64,000 bases of DNA from Octopus sinensis (Eukaryota), in NCBI RefSeq assembly GCF_006345805.1, contig NC_043000.1:17732001-17796000 (forward strand), given 5' to 3'. The notes beneath the pieces are model-generated. The model did no database searches, was not told the DNA's origin, and was given only the letters and a program-made list of their open reading frames with translations. This document shows, piece after piece, positions 37,384 through 49,874 of this stretch. Made by a program: the position numbers and the translations under genes. Each line of letters starts with the position of its first letter. Position 1 is the first letter of the stretch.

Positions 37384-37626
37384 TATCTATACAATAATAT
37401 GTTACATTACTCGATAGTCAAGATAAAACTCTGAGTTTCAGATGCCGAAGTGGAAATCCACATCACCATCTCTTCGGTTATCTGGCTATTTGAAAACGCT
37501 ATTTGAAATAGCGTTTTCAAATAGCCAGATAACCGAAGAGATGGTGTTGTGGATTTCCACTTCGGCATCTGAAACTCAGAGTTTTATCTTGACTATCGAG
37601 TAATGTAACATATTATTGTACAGATA
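37384..37626. repeat. Near-perfect palindrome centred on 37505 (~120-bp arms, 1-nt spacer)
   Basis: 37390-37504 vs 37506-37620 has one mismatch; extends a few more bp. Confidence 0.95.
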
Positions 37627-37827
37627 TATATACATATATATATATATACGATTTTTTTTCCTCTGTCTTCCCTTCTCTGGATCTTTCCTTCTCCTATGTT
37701 TCCGGCGAAGAGCTCCGCTCAAAACGTTAAACCCTCCTTCTTTCCTTCTTTCCTGAGCGTCCAATAATACTATATTGTTCCACGTCCTCGCGTTGTTGTG
37801 TTTTTGTGTGCTTTCTTGTTTGGATTA

Positions 37828-37889
<62 letters not shown>

Positions 37890-38189
37890 ACTACTAATAT
37901 GTACATGGTATATTCAGGTACATTCAGAGTTGTTGCCTCTGCTTCTTTGGACAAGAGTTAGGCACTGAGGAGAATGTTTTCTTCTTTCATTAATTCCTTT
38001 TGCTCAATACATCAAGTATGTAACCACTGACTTAACTCTTTGTTTTCTATGCAGAAGGCATCCTTAGGCAATCTACTTCAGTAATTATGTTATTTTGTCA
38101 TTGTAGATTGTTGTACATCAATATAGTGATTATCTCATCTCCAGTTTAATTTTTACAAAAAAAAACAGTAAAAAATTTTTCTTTGCACC

Positions 38190-38600
38190 ATAGGCACAGG
38201 TGTGGCTGTGTGGTAAGTAGCTTGCTTACCAACCACATGGTTCTGGTTTCGTTCCCACTTGGGCAAGCGTCTTCTACTATAGCCTCGGACCGATCAAAGC
38301 CTTGTAAGTGGATTTGTAGACGAAAACTGAAAGAAGCCCGTCGTATATATGTATATATATGTATATGTATGTGTGTTTATATGTTTGTGTGTCTGTGTTT
38401 GTCCCTCCCACAAACATCGCTTGACAACTGATGCTGGTGTGTTTATGTCACCCGTAACTTAGCGGTTCAGCAAAAGATACCGATAGAATAAATACTAGGC
38501 TTCCAAAGAATAAGTCCTAGGTTCAATTTGCTTGACTAAAGGCGGTGCTCCAGCATGGCCACAGTCAAATGACTGAAACAAGTAAAAGAGTAAAGAGAGA
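38190..38600 (+). mobile_element. SINE family A
   Basis: Consensus match with a small internal deletion. Confidence 0.85.
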
Positions 38601-39289
38601 GAGAGTATGTATGGTATGATCAAGTTTACTTAATATTAGTCCTAATTTTAATGCTTTCTTCCTCTAACTGCATCCATAATTCTAATTTCATTTAATTTAA
38701 GAGTTCAGAGTTGTTCTTCCTATTTGCCTTGATCACTTTTAAGTACCAAGTTAATAATTTCTTCTCCTCAGTGCGGGGAAGTCTTGATTAGTTAAAATGT
38801 TACCATTTGTCTTGTGTCCTGCATATGACTTTAAACTGCATCCAGTAGTGGGGCCTTGGTTTGGGAGTTTCTGGGCTTCGATGTAGAACCACAATTATTC
38901 CCCGATCTCCTCTGACCAGAGTTGTAGCACCTGTTGGGGTCCCATCTATGGCTTAATTAGCAAGTCAGTTGGACAGTTAGAACTTGTTAGCCAGGGGTGG
39001 GGGTGATGCAGCCCATTTAAGAAAATGGAAATTCTGATTCCAAATCTCTGCTGCATTGCAGCCATATTCAGGAGTGAACTCTGAGGAAAAATTCCAAGTT
39101 GGACACCTTGAGGCAGTTTGATGTTGTCTACAACCTTATACTGGCAACTCCTGCAATGATGCTGGTGTCAAAATGCAATGGCCATACTGTTCCTTTGGAT
39201 CCATCAGTGACATGAAGACTGCAGACATACTGCATGGGCAATGACTTATCATCCATATCATACTGCTCAGGCTTGGATCCTGTTGAACA

Positions 39290-39690
39290 CTCTATACTTA
39301 TTTCTTTACACAGAGAGGACACACAAGGACAGACAAACGGATTAAGTCGATTATATTGACCCCAGTGCATAACTGGTACTTATTTAATCGACCCCGAAAG
39401 GATGAAAGGCAAAGTCGAGCTCTGCGGAATTTGAACTCAGAACATAGCGGCAGACGAAATACCTATTTCTTTACTACCCACAAGGGGCTAAACACAGAGA
39501 GGACAAACAAGGACAGACAAACGGATTAAGTCATTATATCGACCCCAGTGCGTAACTGGTACTTATTTAATCCGAAAGGATGAAAGGCAAAGTTGACCTC
39601 GGCGGAATTTGAACTCTGAACGTAGCGGCAGATGAAATACCACTAAGCATTTCGCCCGACGTGCTAACAATTCTGTCAGCTCACCACCCT
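39290..39690 (-). mobile_element. Two tandem SINE-B copies
   Basis: Unit ...GAAATACCTATTTCTTTACTACCCACAAGGGGCTAAAC... joins the copies; flanked by a repeated TGAACACTCTATACT (probable TSD). Confidence 0.85.
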
Positions 39691-39809
39691 TGAACACTCT
39701 ATACTGAAGAGATAACAATCATGGGCAATGCTGTTCCTGTAGGATGGACAACTAGGGCCTTCATCCATGGTCAGTAATGACAGGTGGAGGCCTTATTAGC
39801 ATTTGGCTT

Positions 39810-40545
39810 AACTATTAGTATCTGGCATATGGAACTATTGAAGTTCGGCATAGAATGGTGGCATGGTATAGAACTATTACGGTCTGACAGGATATAGAAG
39901 TATTCGTGTCTGGTATGGTATTGAATCATTCAAGTCTGAAATGGTATGGAACCATTGAGGTCTGGCATGACACAGACTGTTGAGGTCTATTAGGATATGG
40001 AATTATTAGTATCTGGAATAGTATAGAATCCTTAAGATCTGGCTTGGTTGGGAACTATTGATGTCTGGCATGGTATAGAACCACTGAGGGGTGGTACAGT
40101 TACATTGACGCTTGAATTTCTATGAAATTAATGAGTTCAGATGTAGTGGGAAAAAATTGCAGTCTGGTCTGGTCTGGTATGAAACCATTGTGATCTGGAA
40201 TGGTAAAGAACCATTGGAACTGCATGGTTGCCTTGAAGTCTGGCTTTATATGCAACCATTGATGTTTAGCATTGTATGTCACCATTGAAGGTAGGCATGG
40301 TTACATTACAATCTGGTTCGGTATTAAACTACTGAAGTCTGATTTGGTATGGAACCATTGAGGCACTAAGATCTAGTAGTGAACAGAACTGTTGATTTAC
40401 AACATAGTATAGTACCACTGAGACCTGGAATGGCACAACATAGAACCAGGGAGGTCTAGCAGTGTATAGTACTACTAATGTATGATATGGAACCATTGTG
40501 GTAAAGTACAGAACTACTGAGGTCTGGTATGGTCTGAAATCCTTA
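39810..40545. repeat. Old, degenerate 26-bp minisatellite (~28 units)
   Basis: Consensus-like GGTCTGGCATGGTATAGAACCATTGA recurring at ~26-bp spacing. Confidence 0.85.
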
Positions 40546-40734
40546 AAATTTGATATGATGCCAAATATTGAGGTGTTTCCTCAGTATTTGCAGCTATGTC
40601 TATTTTACAAACATTGAGAGACATAGTCTAGAATTTAATAGCTTCTAATTTGAGGTCTTTATCTAATATAACATTTAAGAATTTAATTACATATTTCATT
40701 ATTGATCTTTAACTAATATAGCATTTAATTTCGA

Positions 40735-41055
40735 TTTCCAGACCGGGCGTTGTGAGTGTTTATTGAGCGAAAACACCTAAAGCTCCACGAGGCTCCGGCA
40801 GGGGATGGTGGTGATCCCTGCTGTACTCTTTCACCACAACTTTCTCTCACTCTTACTTCCTGTTTCTGTTGTACCTGTATTTCAAAGGGCCGGCCTTGTC
40901 ACTCTCTGTGTCATGCTGAATATCCCCGAGAACTACGTTAAGGGTGCACGTGTCTGTGGAGTGCTCAGCCACTTACACATTAATTTCACGAGCAGGCTGT
41001 TCCGTTGATTCGGATCAACCGGAACCCTCGTCGTCGTAACCGACGGAGTGCTTCA
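40735..41055 (+). mobile_element. SINE family C, 5'-truncated
   Basis: Near-identical to the reverse complement of 26510-26830. Confidence 0.9.
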
Positions 41056-41844
41056 AAAAAAGATAGCATTTAAGAATTTAATTACTTAACTAACTATTGA
41101 ATCAATTCTATTCATAAGAACTCTAATGCCAAAATTATTTTGGAGTAAGGTTCATTGTATGTTCTTATATGAATATATATATATATTATGTCATTATATT
41201 GTGTGTGTGTGTGTGTGTTTGTGTACATATACATATATATAATAAGAATGGGGAGACAATACCCTTTCTAGCCAGCTTTTGTTAGGTTTGTCTTTCTGCA
41301 ACTCATCTCTTTGATGTGGCTACAAGTCTGGGACAAACATAATCCAAGATTGAGTGTCTAGCATCTGGAATGTTTTCAAGTACTCGCAATCCTCTATCAG
41401 TAGAGCAATACAGTCGGCAGAATATTAACCCTTGCATTCTATTAACAGTTTAGTAGCTGATGTAAACAGCAACGTTCTGGTTTTCTGAAAAAATAGAATT
41501 ATGTTTGTATAGCAAGGGTTTGTTTTGTTATTTCTGATGTTATTTTAGTGTTTCAAATGTTTGGTTGTGTAGAATATGTGCAATGGGTGGAACATTATTC
41601 TATTTGATGTTTATGCTTTGTGCAATGGGTATTATGTGTTTACTGTTGTGCAATAACATACAGTGGCTTAGCAATGAGTCTTGGCTGACCTGAGCAGAAA
41701 CCGTACTGACCATCTACTTCCTTAATCCTTTAACGTTTACATTACTCTATCAAATGTACTCCATTGATTATGATGACAAGGGTTCCAGTTGATCTGAAAT
41801 TAAAATGCAAGTGCTGAGCAATCCACAGACACATACACCCTTAA

Positions 41845-42316
41845 CCCTTTTGATACCAACCCAGCTGAAACCGGCTCTGGCTCTGAGTACAAATGTCTTG
41901 TTTTCATAAGTTTTGAATTAAAATCTTCCACCAAACCTTAGTCACAATTTATGTTCCTAACACTAGCTTAATGATAACTAAGTTATTTTACTAAATTCTT
42001 TGTTATATTTAAAGTAAATGAAAGAAACACAGAGCATCTCAACAGAAATATGGTAACAAAATAATTAAAATATATAATAGAGAAACAATTCTTAACCCTT
42101 TTGATACCAACCTGACTGAAACTGCTTCTGGCTCTGTAGTACAAATGTCTTGTTTTCATAAGTTTCGAATTAAAATCTTCCACCAAACCTTAGTCACAAT
42201 TTATGTTCCTAACACTAGCTTAATGGTAACTAAGTTATTTTACTAAATTCTTTGTTATATTTAAAGTAATTGAAAGAAACACAGAGCATCTCAAAATAAA
42301 TACAGTAACGAAAGGG
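41845..42316. mobile_element. piggyBac-like MITE, two tandem copies, inserted at TTAA in a SINE-C
   Basis: TTAA|CCCTTT...AAAGGG|TTAA; second copy 42096-42316; host SINE reads CACCC-TTAA-TGTAGTTCTC across the insert. Confidence 0.85.
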
Positions 42317-43419
42317 TTAATGTAGTTCTCAGGGAGATTCAGTGTGACACAGAGTGTGAGAAGGCTGGCCCTTTGAGATACAGGTACTACTCATTTTTGC
42401 CAGCTGAATGGACTGGAGAAATGTGAAATGATTATCTTGCTCAAGGATACGACACGTTGCTGGGAATTAAAATCATGACTTTATGATCGTGGGCTGAATA
42501 CTCTAACCACATGCCTTTACCTTATCAAATGTATTGCTTATATATCCACATTGTTTTGAATTTATCATGCATTATCTTGCATCCTTGATATTTTGATGAG
42601 GTAACTAGTTATTTTTAAAGCGACATAGTAGGGTTGATGTGAGAGGCCAATCTGGTTGGTTTCAACATAAAACAGGAAGAATAAACGTGATATATCTTTA
42701 ACTACATCAAACCCAGGTAAATAAAGTGGCCACCCTGTGTAATTTATGCATCCTGCATACCCTACACTACATCACTGGTGATGTGTAGTGTGTGTACCAC
42801 ATAGGGTGTATTATTTTGTTGTGTGCTGTTCGTGTTTCATGTGGGCTGTTGTGTTTTCGTATGGTACAGTGATACGCAGATTGTGTGCTGTGTGAGTGTG
42901 TTGTGTTATATTACTGAGTAGCAGTTGTGTAGAATGTAAGATAGTTTAGTTGTTGGCAAGATGATGTCAGGTATCGATTATGTAAGAGTATGTGTCACAC
43001 TTTATGTAGAGTGGTGACTGTGTGGAATAGTAATTCTCAACCTTTTCTCTATCATTTAAGTCCTCTGTTTCATATATTCCTGCATTTATGCTCTCACTTC
43101 CATGTCTAAAAAAATAAAGAAAGAAAGAAGGAAAGAAAGAAAGAAAGAAAGAAGGAAAAAAAGAAAGAAAGAAAGATAGAGTCTCATAAAAAATGGAAGA
43201 ACAGAACAAGTTTAATATTAAGATCTTGCGCAAACTTTGATAAAGGAAAAAAGAAACATTAAAAATATATCAAACAAAACAGGAACATTTATTTATCTAA
43301 GAAACCTAATATGACAATGAAAATTAACAAAAGTTAAAAAAATAATGTAAGTTTATCTAATTTGTTTTTTTCTTTCTTTTCACAAGATCAAACAAAAATA
43401 CCAGAAGTATTATCAGTGA

Positions 43420-43700
43420 GAATTCTGCTGATTCACTGAGTCAAGTCAACCAGTCTATTTTATTTCAAGAGCTGTTGATGACAATACCACCCAAATGTTG
43501 TCATCGTCTTACAGGCAGTTCCTTGCTTTTGTCTCCATTGCTACTAGAGCAGAGAAACCTGATTCACATAAATACAATTCGACAAAGCAAACAAGTACTT
43601 TGAAAACCCATGGAGTAAAAGTGGGAATGCATGTATGAGTTTAATGCAGAAATCAACAGAAACTCTTTTGAATTCTTCTTTTTTCAAAATTGCAATATTT
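43420..43700 (-). pseudogene. hAT/Charlie transposase C-terminal relic
   Basis: YLCESGFSALVAMETKARNCL*DDDNIWVVLSST matches the hAT dimerisation-domain motif. Confidence 0.75.
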
Positions 43701-43704
43701 ATCC

Positions 43705-44088
43705 TTTACTTTTTTACTCTTTTACTTGTTTCGGTCATGTGACTGTGGCCATGCAGGAGCACCGCCTTTAGTCGAGCAAATTGACCTCAGGACTTATCCT
43801 TTGTAAGCTTAGAACTTATTCTATCGGTCCTTTTTGCTGAACCGCTAAGTTATGGGGACGTAAACATACTAGCATCAGTTGTCAAGCGATGTTGGGGGGG
43901 GGGTACAAACACAGACACACATATATACATATAGATGATGGGCTTCTTTCAGTTTCCGTCAACCAAATCCACTCACAAGGTTTTGGTCAGACCAAAGCTA
44001 TAGTAGAAGACGCTTGCCCAAGGTGCCACGCAGTGGGACTGAACCAGGAACCATGTGGTTCATAAGCAAGCTACTTACCACACAGCCT
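43705..44088 (-). mobile_element. SINE family A
   Basis: Consensus match. Confidence 0.85.
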
Positions 44089-44188
44089 TTGGTAAAAATA
44101 TCTCCATAAATTTTTACCGCAGAGGATAAATATACAAGCTGGTGCTGAGAAGTTCCTGGCTTTGGGTAAATTATGATTTTATTCTATA

Positions 44189-44585
44189 CTAGCAGTATCG
44201 CTCGGCGTTGCTCGGGTTTGTAAGGGAAATAACTATATAAGCATTTTTAGAGAGTTATAGCCAAAAGATAGCAAAAAAATGCATTAAAAATGGAAAAAAA
44301 ATTATGGTAAATTTTTTTTTAAATCGTTGACTCATCGTAGACATTTTTAGAGAGTTACTTCCCTTATATAATAGCGAAAAAATGCATTAAAATGGAAAAA
44401 AATGATGGTAAATTTTTTTAAAATTGTAGACTCATCGTAGACGCGCGCTAATACCCAGAAGGGCTCGATATGAATCACGACTATAAGATACCCGCTTTTG
44501 GTTAAACTGCACCGCAAAATGTGGGAGTAGTTAGGAATCTAAATCGTAGGAGACAGACACACAACTTCACTTTTATATATAAAGA
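44189..44585 (-). mobile_element. Non-autonomous Helitron-like element, copy 2
   Basis: Minus strand A|TC...CCCGAGCAACGCCGAGCGATACTGCTAG|T. Confidence 0.75.
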
Positions 44586-45819
44586 TATTCTCCTCTCAGA
44601 TTCACACACACTTATAGCAGCAGTCCCTCTGTTAAAGAACTTTGAATATTAGATCCCCAACCAGGCCTTTTGTGATACCTTAAAGACAAGGACTTTTCAG
44701 CAGCCCCTTGTAGTTCTGATTGAGTATCACTAGTGTAGAGTATATGTTGTATCTGACAGGTTGTTGTTTAACCCTGAGTCACACCTGACTAAGAAGACCT
44801 ATACTCAAAGATTTTCCAGCTATGACCATCTTTTCTTTTTCCTTTATTCAAGTAACCGAAGATCACATTATTCAATCATCATCATCATCATCATCATTTA
44901 GCGTCCGCTTTCCATGCTAGCATGGGTTGGACGGTTCAACTGGGGTCTGTGAAGCCGGAAGGCCGCATCAGGCCCAGTCTGATCTGGCAGTGTTTCTATG
45001 GCTGGATGCCCTTCCTAACACCAACCAGGCGAGGCTGGCTACGGACACAAACGGATATCCATATTTTTATAAAAAAAAAAAATTAGTAGTAGCTGTGTGG
45101 TAAGAAGCTTGCTTCCCAATGACATGATTTTGGGTTCAATACCACTGAGTGCACCTTGGGCAAGTGTCTTCTGCTATAGCCTTGGGCTGACCGAAGTCTT
45201 GTGAGTGGATTTGGTAGATAGAAACTGAAAAAAGCCCATTGCATATACTCACTCACACACACACACACTGTGTATGTGTGTGTGTGTGTGTGTGTCTTTG
45301 TGTATATGTTTGTCCCACCACCACTGCTTGACAACCGGCATTGGTGTGTTTACATCCCTGTAACTCAGAGGTTTGGCAAAAAGTACTAGGCTTAAAAAAA
45401 AAAAAGACCTAATGGTGAGTTGTTTAATGAAAACCCTTCAAGGTGGTGCCCCAGCATGGCTGCAGTCAAATGACTGAAACCAGTAAAAGTAGTATGTGAT
45501 TTTGGGGAAGTTTGGCTGCTATTTCTAACAGGTAAAACAATCCCATAGTAAATAGTGGTGAGCTAGCAGGGTTGTTAGCATGCTGGATGAAATGCTTAGA
45601 GGCGCTTCATCTGTCTTTACGCTCTGAGTTCAAATCCTGCCATGGTCAATTTTGCCTTTCATCCTTTCAGGGTTGATAAAATACCAGTTGAACACTGGGG
45701 TCGATGTAATTGACTTACTCCTTCCCTGACACTGCTGGCCTTGTGTCAAAATTTGAAACCATTATTATTATTATTATTATGCATTAGCCCTTGTGGCCAA
45801 TAAAAGAATAAATTATCAT

Positions 45820-46076
45820 TATTATTATGCAAGCTAGCACAATCGCTAGCATGCTGGATGCAATGCTTAGTGGCATTTCATCCATATTTATATTCTGGGT
45901 TCAAATTTCACCAAGGTTGGCTTTGCCTTTCATCCTTTCCTGGTCAATAAAATAAGAACTAGTTATGTTTTGTAATCAATGTAATCAACCTGCTCCATAT
46001 CCCCAAATTTCGGGCCTTATGCCTTATAACAGAAAGGCGGCTCCTCCTCCTCCTCCTCCTCCTCCGCCTCATCATC

Positions 46077-46108
<32 letters not shown>

Positions 46109-46131
46109 CATCACCACCACTGTCATCATCG

Positions 46132-46166
<35 letters not shown>

Positions 46167-46741
46167 GTCATCATTGTCATCATCGTCATCATCGTCATCA
46201 TCATCGTCATCATCGTCATCATCGTCGTCATCGTCATCATCGTCATCATCGTCATCATCGTCATCATCATCATCATCGTCGTCGTCGTCATCATCATGAT
46301 TACTACTACTACTACTACTACATGGAAACTCACAGCTTATTTTGCTGGATATGATGGAAAGTGTCAGCTGTTCACAGCCAGCAGACTAAAGTGACACTTG
46401 TTTACTGGTCATGCTTCAAGAACTCTGTGAAGAATTGTTGCAGTTCCAAACAATGCTGATTTTTGTAGGTGTTATTATTATTATCATTATTATTATGCAA
46501 GCTAGCACAATCGCTAGCATGCTGGATGCAATGCTTAGTGGCATTTCATCCATATTTATATTCTGGGTTCAAATTTCACCAAGGTTGGCTTTGCCTTTCA
46601 TCCTTTCCTGGTCAATAAAATAAGAACTAGTTATGTTTTGTAATCAATGTAATCAACCTGCTCCATATCCCCAAATTTCGGGCCTTATGCCTTATAACAG
46701 AAAGGCGGCTCCTCCTCCTCCTCCTCCTCCTCCGCCTCATC

Positions 46742-46773
<32 letters not shown>

Positions 46774-46787
46774 CATCACCACCACTG

Positions 46788-46837
<50 letters not shown>

Positions 46838-47139
46838 GTCATCATTGTCATCATCGTCATCATCGTCATCATCATCGTCATCATCGTCATCATCGTCGTC
46901 ATCGTCATCATCATCATCATCATCATCATCGTCGTCGTCGTCATCATCATGATTACTACTACTACTACTACTACTACATGGAAACTCACAGCTTATTTTG
47001 CTGGATATGATGGAAAGTGTCAGCTGTTCACAGCCAGCAGACTAAAGTGACACTTGTTTACTGGTCATGCTTCAAGAACTCTGTGAAGAATTGTTGCAGT
47101 TCCAAACAATGCTGATTTTTGTAGGTGTTATTATTATTA

Positions 47140-47140
<1 letters not shown>
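45820..47140. repeat. Tandem duplication (~668/656-bp units) containing (CCT)n(CAT/CGT)n(TAC)n tracts and SINE-B pieces
   Basis: Unique parts identical between units; only microsatellite lengths differ. Confidence 0.9.
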
Positions 47141-47188
<48 letters not shown>

Positions 47189-47446
47189 CATCATTATTAT
47201 TATTATTATCATCATCATCATCATCATCACTATCAGGAGCAGCAGCAGAATTTCTTCTGGTTTTATGTTCTGAGATCAAATCTGCCAAAGTCAATTTTGC
47301 CTTTCATCCTTTAGGGATCAATAAAATAAGTACCAAATGAATACTGAGGTCAGTGTAATTGACTAACCCCCCATCAAAAACTGCTGGCCTTGTGTCAAAA
47401 TTAAAAAGAAATTATTATTATTATTACTACCATTATTATTATTATT

Positions 47447-48003
47447 GAGTGAGAGAGCAGTGCATGCCATCAAAGTGACACTGGGGTAAAATATACGAAG
47501 CCCAATATATCCATCATGACTACCCGTCTGATAAGGGTACACCAGGCACATGCATCACAACCATATGTGCGCGACATTGTGATCTCATATCAAGGTAAAC
47601 AGCACATGACCTTGCAGGTGGGGCCCAGTTAGAATTTTCTTCAGGTCGAGTAGCCCATCCTGCTCAAAAGGTCCCTGAATAAGGGTTGTTTAAGGATGTT
47701 GAAAGAACCACCCATGTTTCCAGAGGTGAATTATTCAAACCCCAAAGAATCCCTCTCAACACATGGCTATGATGCTCCCCCACTACTTCTGCTCGTGATC
47801 AGAGATGCACATATCGTCAGCCACTAAGGGACATGCTCAACTGGTTAAGGTCAAACAACTAACAAGCAAATCTGTGGTATTGAGCAGAATGTTTTCTGTA
47901 GTCCATCTTTTATACCAAGACAAAACAATGTACATGATAACACTTCCAATCAGTTAAGATCAAAAGCCATGAAAGCCACTGTCTGGTACTGCATCAGGGC
48001 ATT
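47447..48003 (+). mobile_element. Family E element, copy 2
   Basis: Reverse complement of 8695-9250. Confidence 0.8.
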
Positions 48004-48905
48004 TATTATTGCATCAGGGGCATTGGTATTGCATCAGGGCATTCATCATCATTATTATTTAGAGAGAAAAACTGGTGGAATCATTATTACACCAGACAAA
48101 ATGTTTAGCAGCATTTCTTGACTTCATGTTTTGAGTTCAAATTCTGCCAAGGTCGCTTTTGCTTTTCATGCTTTTGAGGTTGATAAAATAAGTACTAGTT
48201 GAGGACTGGAGATCAATATAACCAATAGACTCTTTTACCCCAAATTTCAGGCCCTGTGTCTATAACAGTTATTGTTATTGTTTTTGTCGTTATTATTGCT
48301 AATGTTACCAGTAATTGGCAGAGTTGACTACATCTCTTCTCAATAAATTTGTGGCCTTGTGCCAAGGATACAAATCATTACTATTATTATTATTGTTAAT
48401 ATTATCTAAGTCTGTGTTCTCGTTAACAGTAGTTAGTGTTACTCCCCTCCTGCTCTGCTCTTAAAAACAAACAAACACACACATGCACACATGAGGCTTA
48501 TTTCTGGATAACTGACAAGACAACATAACAACTGTATACTCTCTCTTTATCACTTACTCCCTCTTCTACAACCCTCTTGTCAACTTCCTCCCATATATAT
48601 ATATATATATATATAGGTAAACAGTAAAAATAATTACAGACATGGACAAGAACATGAAACACCACAGAGACGACACAAGACCCACAGGACGGGACATTCG
48701 AAGCCCTCAGTCATCAGTCAAGAACCAGATCATCTTAGCAATTTCGGCTGATTAATCTTGAGATTGCTCCGATATGGCCAGCCCGCCAAGGGAAATCTAA
48801 GCCAAGCGCATTAGATCCCCTGGAAGAAAGCTTCGAATGTATACAACACGAGGACGGAAAACGAACGAAGTACACGAACAAAAATACAGAATATATATAT
48901 ATATA

Positions 48906-49282
48906 CTAGCAGTATAGCCCCGTGTTGCTTGGGTTTGTTTCGAGCCTTTAGAATTGGAATTTTTGAAAAGTAAAAATTTTGCATTATGTAGCTTGTTATT
49001 CTCTTTGAGTGAACATTTTTCTGGTTGAAATACACCGAAAAATGGCAATACAGCAGTCAAAAAATCGTAAAAAATAGGGATTTTCATAGAAAAAAAGAAC
49101 CTTTTTGATGTAAGTAATTTTTGGTCTTAACATGGTCTGATTTGAATTTTTTCTTCTACAGAATGAAGAGCAAGCCTTCTTCTATCATACTCTCAATTTT
49201 GGTCAACTTGCGCCGCAGGGTCTCGGAGGAGATAGTGTTAGTTGAAGGCTACCAAACCTGCCACACACAGAGACAACTTCAG

Positions 49283-49290
<8 letters not shown>
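48906..49290 (-). mobile_element. Non-autonomous Helitron-like element, copy 3
   Basis: Same CTAG end and hairpin; different interior from copies 1 and 2. Confidence 0.65.
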
Positions 49291-49366
<76 letters not shown>

Positions 49367-49549
49367 GTATATATATACAATGTACTTCTTTCAGTTCTGT
49401 CAAACATATCTACTCACAAGGCTTTGGTCAACCCTAGGTTATTATAGAAAACACCTGCCCAAGCTGTCACACAGTGGTACTGAACCTGGAACCATGTGGT
49501 TGAGAAACATGCATTTTACCACACAGACACACCTGATGTATCTATCTCT

Positions 49550-49585
<36 letters not shown>

Positions 49586-49594
49586 CAGTGCCGC

Positions 49595-49860
49595 CCTTAT
49601 TGGCCACATGCCGGTGGCACATAAAAAGCACCATCCGATCGTGGACGTTGCCAGCCTCGCCTGGCACCTGTGCGGGTGGCACGTAAAAAGCACCCACTAC
49701 ACTCACGGAGTGGTTGGCGTTAGGAAGGGCATCCAGCCGTAGAAACATTGCCAGATCAGATTGGGCCTGGTGCAGCCTTCTGGCTTCCCAAACCCCAGTC
49801 GAACTGTCCAACCCACGCTAGCATGGAAAGCGGACACTAAACGATGATGATGATGATGAT
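49595..49860 (+). mobile_element. Family D copy
   Basis: Ends GGAAAGCGGACACTAAACGATGATG. Confidence 0.85.
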
Positions 49861-49874
49861 ATATATATATATAT

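Noticed and set aside
41290-41450. Minus-strand peptide ...RGLRVLENIPDARHSILDYV..., faintly like the INTS5 N-terminus as I recall it
   Set aside because: Bounded by in-frame stops, no convincing donor site, and flanking residues do not fit; similarity is from memory only. tBLASTn would settle it.
45959-47010. Poly-His / poly-Met ORFs
   Set aside because: Translations of (CAT/CGT)n microsatellites within a duplicated repeat.
48620-48890. Minus-strand CTGATGA...GAAT motif as a hammerhead
   Set aside because: No stem II and GAAT instead of GAAA; may be Penelope-type debris but the fold is unsupported.
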